This document shows positions 9,249 to 18,161 of a stretch of 24,048 bases of DNA, piece after piece. The position numbers were made by a program, and so were the translations under genes. The stretch comes from Chiloscyllium plagiosum (taxonomy: Eukaryota). Location: contig NC_057718.1 in the NCBI RefSeq assembly GCF_004010195.1, forward strand, positions 100,001,186-100,025,233. The letters run 5' to 3'. Position 1 is the stretch's first letter. Each line of letters opens with the position of its first letter. The notes under the pieces are model-generated. The model saw nothing but the letters and a program-made list of their open reading frames with translations. It was not told where the DNA came from and ran no database searches.

Positions 9249-9680
9249 ACCTGACAAAGGAGCAGCTAGTACTTCCAAATAAACCTGTTGGACTATAACC
9301 TGTTTTTTATTAGATTACATTACAATGTGGAAACAGGCCCTTCGGCCCAACAAGTCCACACCGACCCGCCGAAGCGCAACCCACCCATACCCCTACATTT
9401 ACCCCTTACCTAACACTACGGGCAATTTAGCATGGCCAATTCACCTGACCCTGCACATCTTTGGACTGTGGGAGGAAACCGGAGCACCCGGAGGAAACCC
9501 ACGCAGATGCGGGGAGAACATGCAAACTCCACACAGTCAGTCGCCTGAGGCGGGAATTGAACCCGGGTCTCTGGCGCTGTGAGGCAACAGTGCTAACCAC
9601 TGTGCCACCATGCCGCCCACACTGGTGTTGCGTGATTTTTAACTTTGTCCACCTCAGTCCGAAACCGGCTCCTCCACATC
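9249..9680 (+). mobile_element. Penelope-like family A terminal fragment split by an HE1 SINE (9249-9302 and 9622-9680)
   Basis: GACTATAACCTG | CTGGTGTTGCGTGATTTTTAAC rejoins the family A sequence. The hammerhead is internally deleted (GGAGCAGCTAGT). Loose flanking duplication AGAATA...CATTGCT at 9228-9248 and 9681-9700. Confidence 0.85.
9304..9618 (-). mobile_element. Full-length, CpG-rich HE1-like V-SINE
   Basis: A box TGGCACAGTGG (9597-9607), B box GGTTCAATTCC (9553-9563), and a CR1-shared tail with a GGCC-GAAG-GGCC hairpin. Confidence 0.95.
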
Positions 9681-9964
9681 AGAATACTGATGGCATTGCT
9701 TATTCTGGGCTTTGTTTGTCACTGGTTCATTGGCCACACAGTTGTCTTTTCTAGTGGTGGAATGATAATAAAGTTATTTCCACTTGGTGGTTTTAACTGT
9801 ACCTTGCACCCGCACGCACACACACAAACATGGGTGCTGAGCAATATGGGCACTCCTGCTGTATGGCAGCAGTGTGGGGGTGGGGGGAGACAAGGAAAAA
9901 AAACTGATTCAGTGAAAAGAAACAGAATACTGCTTGCGGTTTTAATGCCCTAATCTGAGGAATG

Positions 9965-10195
9965 ATTCATGGGCATTGGAGACAATTCAGAGAAACTTGT
10001 TGACCCTCAGGCATGTCGGGTCTTTCCTATGAGGAGAGGTTGAGTAGATTGGGTCTGTGCTCATTGGAGTTTGGAAGAATTAGAGGTGACCTTATTGAAA
10101 CATACAAGAGGGATGGATGTGGAGAGATCATTTCCCCTTATGGGAGACTCTAGGACCAGAGAGCATCAGCTCAAAGTAAAGGATTGTCCATTTAA
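9965..10195 (+). mobile_element. CR1 3' fragment, first half (continues at 11187-11420)
   Basis: TATGAGGAGAGGTTGAGTAGATTGGGTCTG (YEERLSRLGL)...GGTGACCTTATTGAAACATACAAG. Confidence 0.85.
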
Positions 10196-10246
10196 AGTTA
10201 AAAATCACACAACGCCAGGTTATAGTCCAACAGGTTTATTTGAAAG

Positions 10247-10281
10247 CACTAGCTTTCGGAACGCTGCTCCTTCATCAGGAA
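10247..10281 (-). ncRNA. Minimal type-I hammerhead ribozyme motif (PLE family A), core intact
   Basis: Minus strand: TTC-CTGATGA-A-GGAGC-AGC-GTTCC-GAAA-GC-TA-GTG. Helix II pairs fully (one G-U); helix I has one mismatch. Confidence 0.75.
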
Positions 10282-10659
10282 GTTGTGGAGCAGGATCATA
10301 AGACACAGAATTTATTTCAAAAGATCACAGTGTCATGCCTAGACTGCTGTTAAGATTTTCAGTTTTTAGAATGGGTTGCAGGTTTCGGTTCATTACTATA
10401 TAAATCCCAGAACTTCTTTTAAGTCACATTCTCAAGATAGCTTAAGGTTTATAAAAAATGGAGACATTTCAGCTCAGACAATATATTAAAGGTGTGAGGT
10501 TAGAGTCTGTCTGTATCCCAATCTTGAGTCAGACTGGTTCTATTTCCAAAGTATAAAATATTACATGGATTGACTGCCTGCAGATTGTGCATTTTTTGAG
10601 CAAAATAGAATGTACCTGTAAGTATAATTCTGCAGATGCAAATTCACCCCATAGACTTA

Positions 10660-10985
10660 TATGTGTGTGTACGTGCATATGAGGGAGAGAGAGAGTGTGT
10701 GAGTCTGTGCATGTGAATGTGTGCATATAAGTGCATGTGAGACAGTGTGTTTGCACGTGTGCGTGCTTGATAGAGTTTGTATGCGAGTGTGATGGAGTAT
10801 AAGCCTGTGAGAGGGTTGTGCATGGGTGTGTATGTGTGCGTATATGTGAGAGGGCGTGTGTATGTGTGCGTATATGTGAGAGGGCTTGTGCATGAGAAAG
10901 GGTCTACGTAAGTGTGTGAATAAGTAAAATTTTGTGTGCGTGTGTGCGCACTCATTTGTGTGCGCCTGTCTGTGTGTGTGTGTAG
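10660..10985. repeat. Degenerate (TG)/(CA)-rich tract with a perfect 30-bp tandem duplication
   Basis: GTGTGTATGTGTGCGTATATGTGAGAGGGC at 10826-10855 and 10856-10885. Confidence 0.92.
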
Positions 10986-11186
10986 TGCAGTGGGGTCATC
11001 TGTGGTGTGGCATGAACAGGTTGAGGCCATCACCATGGGTACCGAACTTGGCTATCAGCCTCAGTTCAGCCACTCTGCGTTGTTGCATTCCCCGAAGTCT
11101 GCCTTGGAGGATGGTCACCCGAAGATCTGAAACCAAACGTCCCTGACTGCTGAAGTGTTCCCTGACTGGGGAAATTCTTAACAATC

Positions 11187-11425
11187 TCCATTTAAGACAT
11201 AGCTGAGAAGGAATTTCTTCTCTCAGAGAGGACTGAATCTGTGGAATTATTTACTGTGGAGGGCGCTTGTGGCTGGAACATTTAGTACATTCAAGACTGA
11301 GGTAAAAAAGATTTTTAATCAGGAAGAGAATCAAGGACTAAGGGGAAAAGGCAGGAAAGTGGAGTTGAGGATTATCAGACCAGCCCTGATCTCAGTGAAT
11401 GGGGGAGTAGGCTTGATGTCTGATT
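11187..11425 (+). mobile_element. CR1 3' fragment, second half
   Basis: GAATTTCTTCTCTCAGAG..CTGTGGAATT (NFFSQR..LWN) and a 3' UTR containing GGCAGGAAAGTGGAGTTGAGG. Confidence 0.85.
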
Positions 11426-12234
11426 AACCTATCTATCTGTCTCTCGATTTCTCTGTTCCTTCATCTTATGACCTTACTTATGGAAGATGGCTCCAAAGCT
11501 ATATTATTCTTTGCATTTAGAAGTGTTTAATTGCACTCTTGAAAGTTCTAGTCTGTGTGTGTCAATATAAAGCTGTGCAGCCTAATAATTACATCAATGG
11601 GACCCTTAATAACATCCTATTTCCTATGTGTACTGTATTGCACATTGACACAAAACACAGCTGAAGTGGCCTGAGCAAACCCCTCAGTGATGTAAATTTA
11701 CCTCATGCAATATGAACGGAAAGCATGATCTCCCCATTCATTAGCGAGTAAGTCTCCAAAGCCAGATCAACCACTTCAAAGAGAATAAATGGCCTGCGCT
11801 CCAGTTGTTTGCGAAATGACTCTTTTTTTTCTCAGTTTAAGCTGAATGCTGACAGATTATCTCATTTCAGTGTCACTGCAGAGAACGGTTCAAATCATGC
11901 TCCAAAAACGAAAGTGACAGGTTACTTGAAGCTGAGCAAAACCCAAATTAGAAAAATCACAGACTTTTTTAAGTTCCCAATATTCGCAGCTATGTCATAG
12001 ATCAGAACAAATCTACACCACAATTGCATTTCTTTTCGTCTACGACTGTAAATCGAACTCCATACCTTTCACATACATTTCTTGTCTCAGACAAACCTTA
12101 TGGTAATGCTGACATTTTGTTGCATAACATTACTCAACTTAATTTTAATTGGCTTCACGCCAACACTGAGTGTTTGATTTTAGTTTGAACAATGCCCATG
12201 CAGCATATTCCTTCAAGAATGCACTTTGATTCAA

Positions 12235-12436
12235 GAATGATCAAAGTTTTCAAGATATTAAGGGGAACAGCTAGGGTAGATAAAGAGAAACTTCTTCAGC
12301 AGGTTAGAAAGTTGTGGATAGAGGGCAATGCCTAAAACTGAGAGATGGAGCTCGAAGTTGTGATCAGTACAGAAAAGATAGAAATGTGACACTCCCTTCT
12401 GCAAATAGCAACTAACTTTAGGTCACTTTTTAATTC
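12235..12436 (+). mobile_element. Old CR1 3' fragment (appears to resume at about 13370-13530)
   Basis: ATCAAAGTTTTCAAGATATTAAGGGGAACAGCTAGGGTAGATAAAGAGAAACT (I.VFKILRG..RVDKEKL). Confidence 0.7.
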
Positions 12437-12710
12437 TGTTATGATCCCAATTGATAGTAATCCTGGACACATCAGATTCTGGAGTAAAACCTGCTTTGAT
12501 AGATCATACGTTTTACTTTTAGTTTGGTTTCTCTGATAATCATTTACTGAACATAATCACATGAGGCTGTCAATGTACTTTTGACAAAAGAATATATGTT
12601 CATTGCACATAAAAATCCAAGCTATCTATATGACAACTTAGAAAAATCTTATCATAAACCACAAAAAGAAAAATTCAATCTTTTTCTCAGCAACATGCTC
12701 TGCAGACCCT

Positions 12711-12948
12711 CATGGAATCCCTACAGTGTAGAAATAGGCTTTCAGCCCATCCCATCCCTGTAACCCTGCATTTCCCATGGCCAATCCACCGAGCCTGCAC
12801 CTCTTTGTACTGTGAAAGGAAACCAGAGCACCCGGACGGAGCCCGTACAGACACGGGGAGAGTGTGCAAACTCTACAAAGGCCTGAGGGTGGAATTGAAC
12901 CTGGGTGCTGTGAGGCAGCAGTGCTAACCACTGAGCCACTGTGCCCCC
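12711..12948 (-). mobile_element. HE1-like V-SINE with internal deletions
   Basis: A box TGGCTCAGTGG and B box GGTTCAATTCC on the minus strand; the body matches the other copies. Confidence 0.9.
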
Positions 12949-13369
12949 CAAATGAGGCCCTATGATTCTTAATTTCACTTTAAAATTTCTGACTCAGTTA
13001 GTGAGGTTATTCGTTTGGTGACTTCCTGCACATTTATCAGGTGCGATTGCCTTTGTCTGTCCCAGAGAGACACAGAGCTCTGACAGCCTGGAGACTGCCT
13101 GTCAAACTGCCTGTCTGCTGGCGTGGCTCTTTCTCATTCCCTGACCAAGTTAATGCGCCTTCTTTCTTCAGGTTGAAAGGCCCCAGCGTGTGAACATTTT
13201 AACAGTACTTTCCCCACATGGTTTATCCAGTCATTTCGCATAAATCACAAGCTTTCCGGGAAACGCTATTTTGTACTCACTAATGGAGAACTGAAACAAA
13301 AAAACTCTTTAACTTTAGCATCCAAGTCTTCAAATAATGTTAATAATATATTATCAACGTTCACCACCA

Positions 13370-13530
13370 TTGTAGATACCCTCTAGTCAATGGTATCCAG
13401 GGTTGTGGGGCAAAGGTAGCGTTATGGAGCTAGGTTACAGAGCAACCATGATCTCATTGACTGGCAGAATCTCACTGAATGTCAAGACTATCTTGAGGGA
13501 CTGAATGGCCTCCTTCAGTTCCAATGATGC
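13370..13530 (+). mobile_element. CR1 3' UTR remnant
   Basis: CCATGATCTCATTGACTGGCAG...GAGGGACTGAATGGCCTCCT. Confidence 0.7.
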
Positions 13531-13614
13531 TCCTATGCCCCAGCAGTGTGGCCTATTTCTGCAAATGCTTTGCAATGGTTGACAGACTTGATCATTGTTT
13601 TTAAAGCAGGGTTT

Positions 13615-14391
13615 GGAAGAGATTTACCTGGAATGGAGGGTTTCAGTTATAAAAATAGGCTGGACAGGCTGGGGATCTTACTTCACCAGAGTGTAGGAGG
13701 TTGAGAGGTGACCTTATCGAGTCATAGAGTCATACAGCACAGAAACACACCCTTCGGTCCAACCAGTCCATACCAAACTAAACTAGTCCCACCTGCCTGC
13801 TCCTGGCCAATCCAAACCTTTCCTATCCATGTCCTTATTCACATGTCTTTTAAATGTTGTAACTGTATCCACATCCACCACTTTCTCCGGAAGTTCATTC
13901 CACACTCAAACCACCGTCTGTGTAAAACATTTGCCTCTTGTGCCTTTTTTATTTCTCTCTCCTCTCCCCTTAAAACTGTGCGCCCTAGTCTTGAAATCCC
14001 CAATCCTCGGGAAAACACAACTACCATTAACCCTATCTAGAGGTTTAAAAAATCTTGAGGGATACAGATAAGGGGAATGAGAAGGGTCTTTTCCCTGGGG
14101 TGAGGGATTTCAAAATGTGGGGGGGCATATTTTTAAGGTGAGAGGAGAAAGATTTAAAACAGACATGAGGAGTGACCTGTTTACACAGAGAGTGCTTCGT
14201 GTGTGGAATGAACTTCCTGAGGAAGTGGTGGATGTTGGGTACAGTTACAATGTTTAAAAGACATTTGGATAAGTACATGAATAGGAAAGGTTTGGAGGGA
14301 TATGGGCCAGGAGCAGGCAGGTGGGACTAGTTTAGTTTGGGATTATGGTTGGTGTGGAGCAAAGGGTTTCCGTTCTGAATGACTCTGTGAC
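13615..14391 (+). mobile_element. CR1 3' fragment (13615-13721 and 14038-14391) interrupted by an antisense CR1 3' end
   Basis: GGTGACCTTATCGAG | TAGAGGTTTAAAAAATC rejoins GDLIEV.KI. Ends in GACTCTGTGACT. Confidence 0.9.
13722..14037 (-). mobile_element. CR1 3' end of the same subfamily as its host, in inverted orientation
   Basis: Tail GAGTCATAGAGTCATA. CCAAACTAAACTAGTCCCACCTGCCTGCTCCTGGCC is the exact reverse complement of host sequence near 14305-14340. Confidence 0.9.
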
Positions 14392-14841
14392 TATATCAGA
14401 GGTAAATCCTTTTGAGGGAAACCATGGAACTTCGATTTCGCTGACAGAGGATTTTTTTTTTGTTTTAATCCTCTTTCCCTTTCTCATTATGTCTGGGGGA
14501 ATCATCAGTATCTCTGAGGGATGGTCCTCCAAGGGGGTGAGTACTCATTAGTTTCCCCAAAAGCTGACATAACAATATTATTAAGGCAGTAATAACAAGC
14601 TGTGAAGAAGAAATATAAGGCAGAATCCAGATGCCGGTTGGTCAAATGCTTGGTAGATGTAGTGAAAGGTGATGTGGATACACAATAAAAAGCTTATGAA
14701 TAATGGATAGATCCAGAAGTAGATTTTGCTGTGAATATTGTAATTGGGTAAATCAAGTATAAGTGATGTCTTTTTCTGCCTGAGACTGATACAGTTCACA
14801 TCGGCTGTCGCAGTTTCCCAAATAAAACACTCAAATGTGAC

Positions 14842-15255
14842 AACAGGATCAGAAGGAGGCCACTCAGCCCTACCAGAAGTTCTGTAACTCAGCTAGTTTA
14901 CAGCTTAGTTGTATCTTAACTCCATCCATCCTCCCTGATTCCACATCCCTTCAGACTGCTTCCTGATAGAAGGTCCATCACTGTCTGCTTTGACATTTAT
15001 AATAGACCCATCTGCTCCCCTAGCTCTCTCCCCCTCCAATCCCCCAACAGTTTTATTCAGCAGAGTTCCAGATCCCCTCGATGTTATGCTTCCTGGCATC
15101 AGCCCAGTTCAGACTTTATTGCTATGTTTGTTTGTTATGGACTGCCAAACTACCACTCCCTCTGTCCATCCTCCTCAATTTGCTCAGATTAACTTTTATT
15201 CTCCTGTACTCTAGGGTCTACAATCTGGCCTCCTCATTTGGCAACGTCAGCCCCC
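14842..15255 (-). mobile_element. Very old CR1 3' fragment
   Basis: GGAGGCCACTCAGCCC 3' motif; TGTATCTTAACTCCATC and GCAGAGTTCCAGAT match antisense CR1 ends. Confidence 0.6.
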
Positions 15256-15311
15256 ACTCTTTCAGCCCTCACTCCCTGGACCCTGGGTGGTGTGATGTGT
15301 GACTCAACTGC

Positions 15312-15762
15312 CAGGAATTGCCAGGGTTGGAGGGGTTGAGCTAGAGGGAGAGGCTGAACAGGCTGGGGCTGTTTATCATGGAGGGTCTGAGGCTGAGGGG
15401 TGACATTATTGAGGTTTATAAAGTCAGGAAGGGCATGGATTGGGTAAATAGACAAAGACTTTTTCCGAGGATGGGGGAGTCCAGAACTAGAGGGCATAGA
15501 TTTAAGGTGAGAAGGGAAAGAGTTAAAAAGGGACCCGGGTGGGGGGAGGGGGGGCTTTTTCACACAGAGGGTGGTACATGTATGGAATGAGCTGCCAGAG
15601 GAAGTGGTGGAGGCTGGTACAATTACAACACTTAAAAGTCAGCTGGATGGGTATATGAATAGGAATGGTTTGGAGGGATATGGACCAAATGCTGGTGAAC
15701 GGGACTAGATTAATTTAGAATATCTGGTCAGCATGGACAAGTTGGGCTGAGGAGTCTGTTTC
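15312..15762 (+). mobile_element. CR1 3' fragment
   Basis: ORF RLRGDIIEVYKV.KGMDWVNRQRLFPRMGESRTRGHRFKVR; WNELPEEVVEAG in the next frame. Confidence 0.92.
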
Positions 15763-16055
15763 CTCCACTCCGTTCACACATCCCACCTTCACAATCATGG
15801 CCCACTCTATATGCAATGGGTTCCCCTGCCCTCTCAATAAATACCTCCCAGAATCAGCTTGGCTTCCCATATCTGCATTCAAAAACCCTCTCTTTGACCT
15901 TACCCCCATATGAAAAAAGCCTGGAATAAAAGGCTAGTCTAATGCTACGATCAATCGTTGTAAAGATCCAACTGATTAGCGAGTTTTAAAGAAGAGTTGT
16001 AGCTCAGGTTGAGGATCTGGATGTCGGTTTGCTCGCTGAGCTGGAAGGTTCGCTT

Positions 16056-16095
16056 TCAGACATTTCGTTACCATACGAGGTAACATCGTCAGTGA
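16056..16095 (-). ncRNA. Minimal hammerhead motif (PLE family B), core intact
   Basis: Minus strand: TCA-CTGACGA-T-GTTACC-TCGTAT-GGTAAC-GAAA-T-GTC-TGA. Perfect 6-bp helix II, GUC triplet, helix I TCA/TGA. Confidence 0.8.
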
Positions 16096-16701
16096 GCCTC
16101 CGCATGAAGCACTGCTGATGTTTCCTGTTTTCTATTTATATGTTTGGGTTTATGTGGGTTGGTGATGTCATTTCCTATGGTGATGTCATTTCCTGTTCTT
16201 TTTCTCAGGGTGTGGTAAATGGGATCCATTTACACCCACCAACACACTAAAGCAGCAGCTAATGAACTTGAAAGACTCTATACAGACAACAAGCAAAACT
16301 AATATCATTTACAAAATACCGTGCAAGGGCTGTAACAAACACCACACTGGACAAACAGGCAGAAAACTAGCCACCAGGATACATGAACATCAACTAGCCA
16401 CAAAACCACATGACCCTCTCTCACTAGTATCTTTACATAGAGATAAGGAAGGACACCACTTCGACTGGGACAACACATCCTGCCTAGGACAAGCCAAACA
16501 GATACACGCACGAGAATTCCTCGAAGCATGGCTTTCCAACTGGAACTCTATCAACAAGCGCATTGACTTGGACCCCAATTATCACCCCCTGAGAAAAAGA
16601 ACAGGAAATGATATCACCATAGGAAATGACATCACCAGCCCAAAGAAACCCAAACATACAAATAGAAAGCAGGAAACATCAGCAGTGCTTCGTCTAGAGG
16701 C

Positions 16702-16741
16702 TCACTGGAGATGTTACCTAGTATGGTGACGAAACGTCTGA
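16702..16741 (+). ncRNA. Hammerhead motif (PLE family B), core mutated
   Basis: TCA-CTGGAGA-T-GTTACC-TAGTAT-GGTGAC-GAAA-C-GTC-TGA. Conserved A6 is changed to G; the palindromic ACGT is retained. Confidence 0.65.
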
Positions 16742-16847
16742 AAATAAACCTTCCAGCTCAGCGAGCAAACCTACATCCATATCCAACTGATTCACTAATG
16801 GCCTTTAGGGAAGCTAATCTACTGTCCTTATCCTGTCTGACCTACAT

Positions 16848-16958
16848 AGAAACATAGAAAATAAATAGGCCATTCAGCCCTTCAAGCCTACTTCCACCAT
16901 TCAATATGATTGTGACTGATCATCCAACTCAATCCCCTGTTCCTGCTTTCTCCTTATG
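16848..16958 (-). mobile_element. Short CR1 3' end inserted into SINE-B
   Basis: Tail CATAGAAACATAGAAA and motif AGGCCATTCAGCCC. Host CCTACAT|GTGACTCC is restored with CAT duplicated (16845-16847 and 16959-16961). Confidence 0.8.
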
Positions 16959-17835
16959 CATGTGACTCCAGACCCACAGCAATATGTTTGACTCTTAACT
17001 GCCCTCTGGGCAATTAGGGATGGGCAATAGATGCTGGGCCCAGCCTACATTGTGCACGTCCCATGAGTGAATGTTATAAACAGTGCCGCCCCCTCGCTCT
17101 GAATCGGTCAGGCGATGCTGTTTCACACAGGAACCATTCCGAGAATGTGAACAGCTGATGTGATTTGTTTTCACCACTTGGCATTTTACCGGGAAGCAAA
17201 TGCATCAATGCTCCAAATACACACTTCAAGCACAAAGAGGATTTTTTTTTGATGCCTTACTGCCTTCCTTTCCTCTCAAAGGCCATCCTCTGATCAGTGC
17301 AAACACACAGACTGAGCCAATCCTTTCATCTGTCCCGGCTTTGTGACATTATTAAAATGCAGACTATTCCAAAATAAAGCTATTAACTCAAGCCAAACAC
17401 AACACCAATTATTTTTCTGCTGTGAGCCAATCCCCCAGTAAGTAAATCACCTGATTTGCCTCATTTTCCCTGCTCCTGCGGGGAGCTGTTTATTATTTTG
17501 AAGTTCTCCTCCTGTTGTCATCATTCCCTTCTGAGCGTGTAGCTTGATCATGCATTTTCTGCTTCAGTCATTACTAATCAACAGCCCTTTTTGTCCTTTC
17601 CAGCCCAGTTTCTTTTATTCTTAAAAGGACAAGTGACCACTGGATTTAGCCCTCGGTCTTGTGTGAAACCCAAGACTCACAGACCCAACAAAGTAATTAT
17701 ATCTGTTCAAAAATTAACTCAAAGCCAGAATCCCACTAATTAAGGGCAGTATCATCTGTGCAATTATAGGTGATTCAGATTATGGGGATTCTGCAGAACC
17801 AGAGGGAGCTGAGAGATTGCTGTAACCTTCAATAG

Positions 17836-18138
17836 GGACAGTATTGTGGCTCAGTGGTTAGCACTGCTGCCTCACAATGGTAGGGACCCAGGTTCAATTC
17901 CAACCTTGGGTGACTGTGTGAAGTTTGCACGTTTGCCCTGTGTCTGTGTGGGTTTCCTCCCATAGTGCAAAGATGTGCAGTTTAAGTGGATTGGCCACGT
18001 TAAATTGCCCACAGTGTGTTGGGTGGATTACTATGGGAAATGCAGGGTGAAGGGATATATGGAAATGGGCTGCTCTTTGGAAGGTCAGTGTGGACTTGAT
18101 GGGCCAAATTGCTGCTCCACACTGTAGGGATCCTATAA
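17836..18138 (+). mobile_element. HE1-like V-SINE
   Basis: A box TGGCTCAGTGG at 17847-17857, B box GGTTCAATTCC at 17891-17901, conserved body and tail. Confidence 0.92.
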
Positions 18139-18161
18139 AGGTGAGACTTTGTAGTAAAAGG

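Larger units (their letters stand above)
10196..11186 (-). mobile_element. Penelope-like family A element, 5'-truncated: GIY-YIG C-terminus, CA-rich tract and terminal region with hammerhead
   Basis: ORF 10996-11184 PVREHFSSQG...LRVTILQG...RRVAELRLIAKFGTHGDGLN resembles a PLE endonuclease C-terminus. 9-bp TSD TCCATTTAA at 10187-10195 and 11187-11195. Confidence 0.88.
15978..16780 (+). mobile_element. Penelope-like family B element: inverted terminal arm, GIY-YIG endonuclease remnant and terminal arm
   Basis: ORF 16262-16729 NIIYKIPCKGCNKHHTGQTGRKLATRIHEH is a GIY-YIG motif with CxxC (YIG decayed to HTG). Inverted repeats of about 210 bp at 16019-16228 and 16569-16778. 12-bp TSD ATCCAACTGATT at 15966-15977 and 16781-16792. 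Confidence 0.93.
15918..17078 (+). mobile_element. SINE-B copy in three pieces (15918-15977, 16781-16847, 16959-17078)
   Basis: The pieces rejoin across TSDs; homologous to 2978-3328; ends with GGCAATTAGGGATGGGCAATAGATGCTGG...CCCATGAGTGAATG. Confidence 0.75.

Noticed and set aside
9545..9618. tRNA genes at the A/B-box sequences (also near 7090, 12890 and 17840)
   Set aside because: Each continues directly into the SINE body and tail, so they are tRNA-derived SINE heads.
10529..11146. His/Thr-rich and Cys/Val-rich ORFs
   Set aside because: These are translations of the CA/TG tract.
16262..16729. Functional GIY-YIG nuclease gene
   Set aside because: YIG has decayed to HTG, RT is absent, and the ORF runs on into the terminal repeat.
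15978..16780. DNA transposon or MITE with terminal inverted repeats (also 22658-23243)
   Set aside because: The arms are unequal, overlap the GIY-YIG ORF end and carry hammerheads, and there is no transposase. This fits inverted Penelope pLTRs.
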